Part shown: positions 1-11,580 of the stretch, in pieces
How positions within the stretch are numbered: the first letter of the stretch is position 1
How the letters are laid out: each line of letters starts with the position of its first letter
Source: Hydrolagus affinis
Lineage: Eukaryota
Length of the DNA: 64,000 bases
Assembly: GCA_012026655.1 (NCBI GenBank)
Contig: JAAILG010001064.1
Coordinates: 1-64,000, forward strand
Direction of reading: 5' to 3'
Notes under the pieces: generated by a model
Told to the model about the DNA's origin: nothing
The model's input: only the letters and a program-made list of their open reading frames with translations
Database searches by the model: none
Position numbers and translations under genes: made by a program

Positions 1-478
1 CTAAAGAGCCACATCCGGCACAACAAAAAATCCTCGACTTATGCGAAGATACCCCTGGATTTAAAGGGCTGACAGGAGTTGAGTCTGTAGCAGGACCAAA
101 TACAAGAGAAATATCTTGTGAGTGAATTAGACCTACATAATTAATATCCATTTATATACTCATTTTTATACATGGACTATATCTACACAATGTCCCTCTT
201 TCCCTTCGTTTTACAATATCTTAAATGTTAGTTATTGGGGACGTAAATAGTCAACATTATTGGACAAGCATTAACAAATAATAGATACATTTTAAATAAA
301 GGAAATTTGACATATTTACATTTAGAACAATAATATAGAGTATGGATATTCTCGCACAATATTTGCAGAAACACTACTTGTATGCAACTATCACATGCTT
401 TTTGTTTTTATTTATATTGACTGGTTTTACAGGCGATGACATGGATGAGCTACCTGCAGAAGAGGAAGGTGTAGAGGA
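1..478 (+). pseudogene. Fragment of Harbinger Myb/SANT-like accessory gene (exons <1-117 and 433-~478)
   Basis: KEPHPAQQKILDLCEDTPGFKGLTGVES resembles the post-trihelix segment of Harbinger Myb-like proteins. GTGAGT donor at 118 and TTTTACAG acceptor at 432 are both phase 1, giving CDDMDELPAEEEGVE. Confidence 0.5.
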
Positions 479-626
479 TTTGCATTATCCCTTCCCGGGA
501 AAATCTGTATCGCTGTTGCAACTGTGCATCACTAAATAGGTCTGTTGAGTTCCTCCTGTCCCGGAATATGCGTTCTCTTCGCATAGCACGACGAAGTTCT
601 ACCAATTCCATGATTCTTCTGGCCAT
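450..626 (-). pseudogene. Harbinger (HARBI1-like) transposase N-terminal fragment
   Basis: Translates as MARRIMELVELRRAMRRERIFRDRRNSTDLFSDAQLQQRYRFSREGIMQIL. The RERIFRDR..D.F.D.....RYRFSR pattern is typical of Harbinger transposase N-termini. Homology ends near 475 and there is no DDE domain. Confidence 0.75.
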
Positions 627-841
627 GTTGTCACATCGGTGGTCAGTGATAAAATGGTATAGTTGCTAACTAGTGACTTAGAGTTACCCTGGGTCAACAC
701 TAACTTTAGTAAGAAACTTAGAATGTAACTAATGCTAGTAATGTTTCATGAATACCAACTAGTTACCAACTAGGCTTAGTAAGCAACTACAGGCCTTTTT
801 AGTAACCAACTAGGCTTAGTAAGGTTTCATGAATATGGCCC

Positions 842-1293
842 CTGGAACTCAGTGGTTAGAACACTCGCCTTGCAAGCGAGCAACCTGGGTTCAATTCTAG
901 GGAGGGCAAAACAACAACAAAAATTACATTTATAGAGCACCTTTCATATCTGGAGGACATACTGCTTGGCAAGTTACCTTACTCTACATATCTGATAATA
1001 ATCCCTAAAAAAAACCCTCCAATAATTAATTAATTGGTCATCTCAATCTACGACTGTTTGTGGGACACTGCTGTGTGCAATTGGCTGCCGCCTTTTGCTC
1101 TCTTATATACAGTCAGTTCACTTTACAGTCTGTGCCGCGAAGCGCTTTGAGACGTCCAGAAGAGGTGAGAAGCGCTCTATTCAAAACGCGAAGAGGTCTA
1201 ATTGTTATCACGACGATTCTGCGAAGTGCTTTGAGTGATCCAAAAGAGGTGAAAAGCGCTCTATCAAAATACAAGGATTATTATTATTATTAC
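842..1293 (+). mobile_element. tRNA(Ala)-derived Deu/L2-tail SINE with nested L2-tail insert (~910-961) and duplicated tail
   Basis: Has A box TCAGTGGTTAGA, anticodon arm CTCGC-CTTGCAA-GCGAG, B box GGTTCAATTC, Deu-like TGTGGGACACTGCTGTGTGCAATTGGCTGCCGC and L2-type tail GAAAAGCGCTCTATCAAAATACAAGG(ATT)n. Confidence 0.85.
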
Positions 1294-1419
1294 TATCAGT
1301 ATAATGGTGAATGTATTTGGGCTGTAATGTGATGGAACAGTAATGACAGCTGATTGAGTGAGTGAGTGAGAGTGAGTGAGTTGAGTGACAGGTTGACATG
1401 TCCCATCCTCTTCCCCCCC

Positions 1420-2170
1420 CCTTTGACGTCACCTGCCCCCAGCAGCCAATCGGAGCCTCGCGCTCCGCCTGTGACGTCACGGCAGCCTAAGAGGGCCGCT
1501 GTGGCTCTGAGAGCGACAGGGAGCGGGAGCGGCTACGACAGGGAGCGGAGGGGCAGTCCGGGGGGGACGGACAGGCAAACGGGCAGACTGACAGACAGGC
1601 GCCGCGTTTTGTCCTTGCTTTTTTTTGTAAAAAAAACATATGTTTTTCCCCAAAAAATATTTTCTATTAATTGGCTTTTACGGAGGTAAGGTTTGCGACC
1701 AAGTATGTATTGTATGTTGTTTGGGAGGCTGATGATTTTGTTTTTGGGTGGGTGGGTGGGTGGGGGGAGATTTGGTCGTGGGTTGTGTTGAAGAGCTGGG
1801 TCAGTAAGGAGATGGAAGATGGCTCTTCCTCTTGTGTGTAGCTCAGTTCTATCCCTCCGTCGTCTCCTTTTGTTTTCTCTCTCTCTCTGTCTGTCTGTCT
1901 GTGTCTCTTTCTCGACTGAATCCCTGGGCCTTTGATTTTGCACTGTCGCCTCAACCTAACCTGCTGGACGTGGTGTCAGCTGAGTGAGGGGGGAGGGGCT
2001 GGAGCTTCGCACAAATTGTTGACGGCGCTGCCGTCCAATCGGAGCGCAGCTGTCCGGTTGCTAGCTGGCGCTCGGCCAGTGGGATCGCGGAGGGAAGGCG
2101 GGACTTGTGTACCAGCGAGTTAGGTTGTGCGGGAGTAGGTAGGTGGTGGTGACGGAAGTTGCTGAATAAC
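1420..2170 (+). promoter_or_regulatory. ZFAND6: ZFAND6 CpG-island promoter region
   Basis: CpG/GC-rich block in an AT-rich window. Contains two full CRE palindromes TGACGTCA (1424-1431, 1472-1479), CCAAT boxes (1446, 2035) and ETS CGGAAGT (2153). Confidence 0.8.
1490..1685 (+). other. ZFAND6: ZFAND6 non-coding exon 1 (start approximate)
   Basis: Lies downstream of the CRE/CCAAT cluster and ends at strong donor GAG|GTAAGG (1686). The TSS is not determinable from sequence. Confidence 0.6.
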
Positions 2171-2911
2171 CTCAGTGACAGGCTTCAGGCCCCAGAGCTG
2201 GATGGTCGCAGAGGTTTTCCATTAAAAGATGTTTTATGTTTCATTCTGTTTTTTTTTGTTAAATAAAAAGAGCAATGGGGTAAAGAAAATATACGGTTTG
2301 TATCTCACAAGTGCCCTGACTTGATCAGCTTCTGTAGCAGGATATAATCGGTATCCTCTTTGATTTATAGAACAATAAATAAACAATAATCCTGGCATTC
2401 GATACAGCACCTAATCACGTCTTCGAGACGTGTCAAAGTGCTTCGCAGGACATACTGTTCAGTGAATTGACTATATTTTGTGGGCGAAATATCAAGCAAC
2501 TTTATACTCTGATTAAGCAAGGTTAGGCGAGACATTAAAATATGTGAATAACAAAAAGCACCCTCAATTCATGTGTGATTTTCCTTATTCCCCCAGTAAT
2601 GTCATCACAAACTACCTTCTCACAATCCCCTTGGGGAATGTGTCTTCTAATGTCTCATTGTTATTGATGATTCCATCCTTTCCAAAATGTTAAGATGGGT
2701 ATTATTGTTTCCTGGTCCTGGTTAGGAGTATTGACAACAGTTATTTAAAACAATTAAGGTAGAGGGTAGACGCAATGACCTTTTCAATACCCCCAAAAGG
2801 ACTGAAGGCATCTTTCTGGCTTTGGACATTGTTAAATGTGCTGTGAAAGAGTGGAATAAGACTAATTTTGAATTGTGTTTAATTGAAGGGTGATTGATTT
2901 AGATAGCATTT

Positions 2912-2975
2912 TTCATAGAACTGACACAGACATGATGGGCTGAATGGCCTCCTTCTGTGCTGTATGATTCTATGA
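2912..2975 (+). mobile_element. CR1-type LINE 3' tail fragment
   Basis: GATGGGCTGAATGGCCTCCTTCTGTGCTGTATGATTCTATGA. The same tail recurs inverted at ~17482, ~38560 and ~44790. Confidence 0.7.
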
Positions 2976-5900
2976 CGATTCATCCTGTTTGTGGGAATTT
3001 TAGGCAAATTAACTATTGTGCTGATCATCGGTGTGTTTCTCCTTAAATTTTGTAATGACAGCAACGTAGCCAATGATTCTAATTAGCATTTTCCCCAAAA
3101 AATTCTGCCTATACTGTGGTGCTAAGATTAATTTCCCAATTAATCAGAAAAATTATTTGCAATTAAATTATGATAGGATGGTTCCCTGATGGCTCATTTG
3201 GTAGGCCATAAAAGACCAGGAATGTCTTTTTTTAGACTTCTTATCTGTACTAAGTCAGCTGTCTCATTAGGGTATTATCGTTGCTTTCCTTTGTATTGGA
3301 CTAGAGGAAGGAAATTCAGCCTGGTCCCTGCTAAATAGTGATCTCTATTCAAATTGTATGTGTCCAGATACCTAGTGAAAAGAAGACAGAATTAGTTATG
3401 ACCCCTATCAAAGTTGAGTAACCTCTGACACTCGGTTGAGTATGAATATCTGGAAAGCATCCATTGGGTTTTGCCACCATCGGAACTCCACATCACTATT
3501 GGAGAGGGACTATAAAACACATTCAATATATCGTCCTGTGATGTATCATATTGTCAAGATATAATTAACTGTATGCTGATTATTCAAAACTTAATGCAAT
3601 ATTAATTGGTTGATGATGTGGCAGATGTGAGATAAGGATTGTATTAGTGATATGAACATTATGTATTTGTGTGCATGTTGTTGTGCTCTTTAGATTGTAA
3701 AATGTGTGTACACTGATACAGTTGAAAGCATACTGGAAAATAAGAAAAAAAGATTGTTTAAAGGGATGTAATCAAAGTAGCTTGCAAGCAACCAAGACAA
3801 AATGTCTTTTGGTATTTGGCAGAAGGATTTAATTTTAAATTGTTGGATATACGAAATATGTGAAATATACGAAAATAAATTAAGTTACAATGTATTGACT
3901 TGTGGGTTTCAGGTAATATCATTGAACTGTTAAGATTAAATTGCTTGTAATTCGTTGTTGTTTATTTGTTTGTGTAATAAGTAACGGATGGGCTCACCTG
4001 TTACTTAGTTATCATGTAATCGTGCTTACTATGGTGAGGTCTGAATTGTAAATAATAATCTTTGCATTTGCTATATCACCTTATCATGTCTTCAAAACGT
4101 TTCAAAGCGCTTCACTGCAAAGTGAATTGGCTATATATTTTGTGAGGGAACTGTTGCAATAAATCTTTAATAGCTTGTAAGTAGCTATGGAGAGGTAAAG
4201 CCAAGCTCTTTATCCTTTAAATCCCAATCTCCTCACCATTGCATACCTTCCAATGTCTTGCATTAGCATTATGATCTCTTGATGGCAATTTAGTGCCTGG
4301 ATGCGCCCAAGGAAACTGAGCTGGGTAGAAAGTGCAATTGTTTGTTTTATAACACGTTTTTATGTTATATTGCAATTTAACTGGACTGAACTAATTTTCT
4401 TTGGAAAGATGCATTTAATATCAATTGTTCAGGTCTAATTGTGTTGACAAAATCAATTGAAAATTAACAGCATGAGTATTATTGTATAATGATGTTGGAT
4501 CTTTCAGCCTGTTAAGTTGCTTTCCTTGAGAAAGGTGCAAAAAGGATAAAGAGTTTGTGCTGTAAATCTAATCAGGGTATTCCTTATTAAAAATGTGGAC
4601 AGTGAAATGAGAAAAACATAAATGCAGCCTTTAAATGTTTTGGTTAGCTAATCAGTTTTGTTTTATGAAGTTGCTCAATTTTAGTGTAATAAACTGAGAA
4701 ATGCTACCAATTTGCTACACTGTCCAGAGGTGAGGAGAAAAACTATGATACTGTCACTTTGTGAAAAAAAGACTCGATTATCTAGCTATGTGGTAAAGTT
4801 TCTTGGATGAATGTATTGGTTTTCCTCCAATGACAACGTGACAACGCAGCAATTATTTCTGTTGTCCAGCTGATAAACTGAAGCCTAAAATTACTTCAGT
4901 GTTTTGTTGGTACCGCTATGTCAGCAGTCTACTATATAACAGGATCTGAGCAACTGGATCAAATGTATGTATGTGTTTGACTGTGCTACCAAATAGGCTT
5001 GAAAATAAAGTTACAGCACTTGCTTTTGCTTCATTCTTCTGTTGATTAATTAGTACACATATAAAATAATTTTAAGTCATTATTTTTTGTTTAAGTTACT
5101 GCATTTATGTAGTTTATTAAATTCATTTTATAACCTAACTATTTTGAATGATAAAGTGATTGATGATAGATATGCACATGGAATCTTGTAAATATAGCAT
5201 TGTTGGATTTTTTTTGTTTGAAACAAATGTTCTTTTACAGTATTTCTATTCAATTTGCTTCATTGAATTTGTTGAACAAAGGTATATAGATTGTATACCT
5301 TTATATTATAGATTGACGTTTGGCTGGTTTGTGATAGTCTTAGCAAATCTGTCTGCCAGTAAATATATTTTCCCATATACCACCTTGTCAAAATCCTTGT
5401 AAGTCACTTAGAACTTCATTTGAAACATTGTTTTCAAGATGGCATGATTATCTTGTGTAAAGGTATACCTGAAATCCTGGTTGGAAATCCACAATTCACC
5501 ACAGTTGAATGGTAGGGTGGATTAAAGTAAATTGATTAATTTTAGATAACAAACTGGAGAGACTAAACTAACAGTTCTATCTGCCACTTTTTTGAAATTC
5601 AGACTTTACTGGCTGTGAATGGCACAATGACATTGTGCCCTTTGCATGTCAATTTTCAATAGACAGACCTTCAAATTGGCCTGAATATTCCTGCCAGCCT
5701 ATTTTCTTGTTTCTGCTTTTGCTATTTAAATAGTGATAATTATGGGGGGTAGAAAAAAACATTCAAAGGCTGTGTACATGCCAAAGTATATCATTGGTGA
5801 CTGAAACACCAGCAGCATACATTCTGAGTGATGGTTATTTTTTTAAATGAACAGGCCAAAACTTTTATCACATTTATTAAATTAGGGACTGAACAGGCTT

Positions 5901-6139
5901 AACTCTATTTTAGTATCAAATGTAAGGATTGTTGTTATTATTATTGGAAACTTTGAATAGCATTTTCAGAAGTCATTTAATTTATGAGATTTGCAAAATG
6001 TTGATTTTTGTTTCTAAAAGCAGATGTCTCAATGAAAGACCAACAAACGAACCACAGATTATTTGGATTGCTGGCTTTCATCTGTTCATTCCCATTTCTA
6101 TTTATGTTTCTGTTCATTTATATTCATATTTTGCCCAAA

Positions 6140-6240
6140 GTATAATTAATTCACTTTACAGCATATTCTGTGAATCACATTGTGAAGTTTCAACAACATG
6201 ATAAGGCCATTTATCAAATGCACTGATTATGATTATTATA
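6140..6240 (+). mobile_element. SINE 3' tail fragment
   Basis: TTCACTTTACAGCATATTCTGTGAA...TATCAAATGCAC(TGATTA)n matches the SINE family tail. Confidence 0.65.
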
Positions 6241-6989
6241 ACCCTTATCCTTGCACCGCGAAAGATTTTATTTTAAATACGCGAACTGAAATTCACAAAC
6301 TTCTAACTAGCCCAACTAATCTATTTTGTGAATGTTGCAAATTGGGCCCCATTGAATCTTATTTTGCAAGTATGAAAGTCAACATTTCAGATTAGTCAAG
6401 TGTATTGTCATGAATTCTTACATGTTATACTCTGGTAACTTGTTGAAAAACAATATTGGTACCCTGAGATGCTTGTTGTTCAATAATGTTGAATTGTCTG
6501 GTGTCATCTTAAGTTAACTTTAGGTAGGCTTCATTTTATTTCTAGCCAAAACGTAACAGCGTTATGCTCCCTAATCCCCAGACGTTTATTTACTTCTACT
6601 TTGTTGATTACTTCTCATTGAACATGCTTGTAGCATAGTCAGAACACTAATATTTTTTTCCCTTTTAATATCTTTTAGTTCTTACCAGAGACTCATTCCC
6701 ACTTCCAACACTCTGTCCCAATTAAATGAGGATGTTGAGTGTTTTTAGATGGAAGAAAAATCCAAGAAGTGCACAAGAAAGAAACCTGCAAAACAAATGT
6801 GTTTTTGAATGTACTATGACAAAGCCAACTTGACAATAGTATTGTACAGTGTATAACATTTATTTTGTAAATAAACCAGTATGTAGCTTTTACTATACTA
6901 CCTACTGATACAAAAACAAATTGTATTTATGTAACACCTTTTACTTTGGGAGTATGTCGCCGCGTTCTAAACCCATTCTGAGAAGATAT

Positions 6990-7291
6990 AATAATAATAA
7001 TACATGCATTCTATATAGCGCTTTTCACATCTTCTAGACGTCTCAAAGCACTTCACAGAATTATACTGTAAAGTGAATTGATTGTATATTGTGGGTGAAA
7101 ATGCGGCAGCCAATTGCGCACAGCAGTGTCCCACAAACAGTCGTCGATTGAAATGGCCAATTTATTATTGTATTTTTTGAGGGATTATCAGGCGTGTGGA
7201 GTAAGGAAACATGCCCGAGGTTTCGTCCCCACCTGCCTGGAATCGAACCTAGTAATAAGCAAGTGCTCTAACCACTGAGCTACAGAACTCC
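6990..7291 (-). mobile_element. Near full-length tRNA-Deu-L2 SINE
   Basis: The (AAT)n tail, Deu core GCAGCCAATTGCGCACAGCAGTGTCCCACAAAC and tRNA head GGAATCGAACC...CTCTAACCACTGAGCTACAGAACTC appear in reverse orientation. Confidence 0.88.
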
Positions 7292-7759
7292 ATGATCTGA
7301 TGTGTAAAGAGTTTACACTATCAAACCAAATCTTGTGTTTTCCTAGTTGAATCCTATTTCGAGTTCAAAAGCAGATGATGGTATAAATGATCATAATCCA
7401 TACATTTGATACAGTTAGTTACTCATCATTATCTCTTAAGTATTTCACAGAATATACTGTAAAGTGTTGTGATTGTGTATTTATAATGGCTGTCAGATCA
7501 TAGAAGATGAGAAAGTCTGCTTACAGGATCAGCTGGGAAACTAGAGAAAAATATTACTACCCAAAAGATTAAAGCACAACACTTGCTGCAACATTTACAC
7601 CCACCGTTTAATGTAGTATTTATTTCCACATTTAAAGGCCGACTCTACATCAGGTGGCGTAAACACCAACATGGACTTGTAGGGCCAAGTACCTTATTTC
7701 CATGTTGTACAATTTTTGAAAGTGTAGAGCACTTCTGGTCCAGAAGGAATGGAAGTTCC

Positions 7760-8800
7760 TTCACTATCTGAAACCGAGAATAGAAACAGTGGAAATCCAG
7801 ATCAAGTCAATCATTAACTGATCTGAAAGAGAAAGCCAGGCTAACATTTTGATCATGGAATTATTATTGTCTGAACTATGTTTGGGGCTTGGGAGCCTCT
7901 TGTTTTAAAATGAAGTTGCTCCCTGAAAAAAATGATTTTCGGTTATTAAAACCGTGGAATGTTAATGGAGGTTTTACAAAAGCAGATGAGATGCAAATAA
8001 GAAGTGTCAAATATCAGTAAGGCTCAGGGAGGAAGTTTTTTTAAAAAAAAATAAAGATGCTAAGGTTACTTTTTTTTATTGAAGGCTTTGAGGTAATGGA
8101 TAAGATATTGTTTGAAATAATTTTTATTGAGTTCAGTGGAACAATGTTGGAGCTTAACTATAAACCCATTAGAGTTGGGAGTTGCACTCACAGGGAGATT
8201 GGGAATCACATTTACAAAAGAATGGAAAAGTTCAGCAAAGTAGTCTGTAAATTGCCCCTTTGTTTCATCAATTTATAGAGGTATGTCTATTTTGAGTGTG
8301 GTGTATAAGATTGCAGGATGTAAATGTGAGCTGCAGTTTTTTTCATGGAAAAGAAGCTTAGGGCCATGGACAGGGGTTTAGGGAGAAACTGACATTGCAT
8401 CTGCTGTAAAGGAGGGAACAGCTGTTGGTGGTGAATCAGAGAGAAATAATAGTGTAATGGAGGCATTGGTTCTTCTTGAAAGCCAGGAGTGAAAGATGAC
8501 TAATAGACTGAAAGACAGGCTGTCAATCTGGTAGATGCCGAAGCTGGAATGAAAGAAGAGAACCAGAGGAATTCTTGTCAACTGTGAAGGGATAAGGAGA
8601 GTTTGAGGACAGAAGGGCATAAATGTAGCTATAATCAATGAACTTTTAAAGTCTACGAGAGGAATTCATGATGGAGCTGGAAAATCCATTTCAGAAGCTC
8701 AAGCGCAGAAAGTAGAACAAGAGCAAACGGATAGGGGGTGGTGGGGGGATGGACGGAGAAGAATGTAGACTTTGGGGAAAAAAGAAGTGTTTAGAATCCA
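7760..8800 (-). mobile_element. Ancient degraded Penelope-like element
   Basis: The minus frame gives RIPLVLFFH and AFKKNQCL, matching VPLVLTYHP and VFRRDRSL of the younger copy at 48.3-49.7 kb. The segment 7760-7875 resembles its terminal repeat. Confidence 0.4.
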
Positions 8801-9777
8801 GTTTTATAATGGATGTTGGTGGAAGCCTATTACTCAAGATGGAGAGAACATTTTAGATCCAATTGAAGGTGGGGAATTGGTGGCGATTCATCATGTGTTT
8901 TTCACTCATATTTTATCTGCATTGGCTAGTGTGTTGTGGTTGGGGGCTTGCTGACATGACATCACATTGACTGATAGGTAGTCTTGTGCTTACAAAACAA
9001 TAAGTATGAAACCTAAGGGGGGTAAGGCTGATTTGCAGTTGGGGGCACAAGGAAGGAACATTTCAGAAAGGTAAATGCTGGGAGACTGATTTTGTTCCAA
9101 AGACTTTGTTGTATATGTTTTAAGCTTACTGGTGAACAATTATTGAACAGAACCCCGGTACAATATGCTCCAAATTCATCCATTCATAAAATTTAGTAAA
9201 TAGAGGAAGTATTGTATTTTTTAAATTTCCTCCAGTCCTTTTTGAGTATATTTGTATCATGTCTTGGATGTGCTGCAAGAGTTTTAGTTTCCAAAACTAA
9301 ATGGATTGCTGAATCTTTGAGGTGGCATCTTCCAGTTAGTCACATGGGAAATTTGTGCCAGTATCACTTCCTTTCTACTGAACATATGGTCTACATTATG
9401 AATCTCTGCAAAATAACACTTTATTTTTGTAAGACGTGATGCTTGTGAGTGGATGACTAATCGTTTCACAATTTTTTATTAATGCTTAGAACTCACCGGG
9501 ATAATTGAGAGTTACATTAAGTCTGTAGTATTTGTTTTCAAATTTCAAAATCAGTAAACGGTATAGCGGTATTTCCAACATATTGACAAGATATTGTGAA
9601 TAAATGCAAACAACGTTTACCAGTCTGTATCAATAATTTAACCACAGACCTTACAACAAAGATCATAAAGTGATGTTATTTTTCCTAATCATAATGCAGC
9701 TTAATTGTTATGATGATTTGGCTATAATTTTATTTCTCAGTGGTTTCTATCTTTTTTGATAGGTTTGTAGGAGGGAT

Positions 9778-9928
9778 ATGGCTCAAGAAACCAATCAGAC
9801 TCAAGTGCCTATGTTATGTACCACTGGTTGTGGATTCTATGGTAACCCACGCACAAATGGCATGTGTTCTGTATGCTATAAGGACTTTCTTCAAAGGCAA
9901 AACAGTAACGGCAGGATCAGCCCTCCTG
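9778..9928 (+). CDS. ZFAND6: ZFAND6 coding exon 1 (A20 zinc finger)
   Basis: [50 protein letters not shown]; donor G|GTAAAT. Confidence 0.95.
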
Positions 9929-11549
9929 GTAAATACCTTTTTTGCTAAAGAGATCGTTTTTGCAGTAAGCTGTGCCCTCAATTCATTGTAATAGTAAACC
10001 CATAGCAGTTTTGTTGCTAAGTTATTTTAGTTTCATTGAATATTTAGGCTCTGGTGGGACTTTGAGGGAAATTTGTTTTTGTACATTCTAAAGACAAACT
10101 CCCTTATCACAGAGTCAGATGTGCTGTAAAGAAAAGCAGTTGTTGATTCACAGAGCATAATATTCCGTTGCACCAAAATGAAAATTTATTTTATTTCATT
10201 GGAAAACATCTTCCAGTCCGATTTTTATCAGATCATTGTGTATTTGGATGTCCACAAAGGAAACATTCAGAACAAAATTCTAAACCTTATAATGCGACTT
10301 AGTATTTTATGGATATAGTTTGAGTACAGATTAATTTATTTATGCTTTTGCACAGCATCTGCTAATTGCACCAGTTTAGCAGAAACCTATCCTGTTCAAT
10401 GTACAGAAGGGAATCCCCCAGAAGTACCATCATCATTCTCTTCATCGACATCTGAGCAGTCAAGGTAAGTGAGCAAAGCACCTCACTGGAGTTCTCTATT
10501 AAGACTGACTTAACTTTGTTTCTGATAAATTAATAGGAAAAAATTAAAGGAGTATCTCTTTCTCACCCACTTAGAATAAAGAAATATTATGTACAAAAGA
10601 TGCTTCGTAACTTTTGTCTTGCATGCATCGTATTGTATAATTTTAAGCATTCATCTGAATAGTCAAATGCTGAAATTGTGAAATCTGTAAATTATTTGTG
10701 CAATCACCTGTTTTTCTCTGTCTTTGATCTTTAAAACTATTAGTGGGAGGAAGTCTGAGATCAGATATATCAAGGATGAATTGAGAAAGCCAGAGCAGTA
10801 TTTTATCTGCTACCACCACCTTTATAGAAACATGAGAAGATTATAGTACACGGGAAGGCCACTTGGCATAATTATGTCTGTTGTGATTTAATATAAGACA
10901 GAGAAAAAGACCAACAGAACTACCTGAGCAGAAGTCCAGAACTCTTATTAGTAAAAACATAGTAGACTTGCAAATTACAGTTACAAGAACCTCAATAATT
11001 GACAATTATTTATGGAAAATGTAAACTTTAGTACAGAGCTCCGTGCAACAATAACAACGATAAAATTGCATTTCCAGAGCGCCTTTCTTGTCGGGAGGAC
11101 ATCCCAAGGCGCTGGACAACCAATTGTTTCGGACCAATGCTTATTGTCCATGTAAACTTTGTATTTATTGTAGATGTGGTTGATGCAGCATGCTCTTGCA
11201 TATATTGAACAATCAAACAGTTGTCTAGGTAGTTCTCTTGATTTTAACTCAGCTTCAATTACTATCTTATCAGAAGGTATGCAACCAAAGCCTGGGAGGC
11301 GACTTTAGAATGAGTGTACTCTAAGCACCTTTCGGAAGACACAACATGATAAATATTAATTTTAATATTCTATTGAACACAAATAAAATTACTGTAATCT
11401 CATCTCACTTGTGGTTCAGGAAATAACTGGGTAAATGCATGATAATAATGAACAAAGTATAAAACTGAATCAGATGTTTTGGTTTGTTACTTTGAAGAGA
11501 TGTGGAGAGTGACTGTAAAAGAAACTCTTGATTAATTATTGAAATATTC

Positions 11550-11580
<31 letters not shown>

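Larger units (their letters stand above)
1..841 (-). mobile_element. PIF/Harbinger DNA transposon, internally deleted; other end lies outside the window
   Basis: Terminal GGGCCATATTCATGAAAC (minus strand, ends at 841) is flanked by CTG, a possible 3-bp TSD. Subterminal repeats are ACCAACTAGGCTTAGTAAG x2 and TTTCATGAATA x2. A transposase N-terminus on - converges with Myb/SANT-like exons on +. Confidence 0.75.

Noticed and set aside
846-905. tRNA-Ala(TGC)-like sequence with A/B boxes and an anticodon arm
   Set aside because: It has no acceptor stem and continues into the SINE body. The same head recurs in several SINE copies, so it is not a tRNA gene.
1366-2123. Several 63-136 aa ORFs on both strands
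   Set aside because: They are by-products of GC-rich promoter DNA and microsatellite-like tracts, with no recognisable domains.
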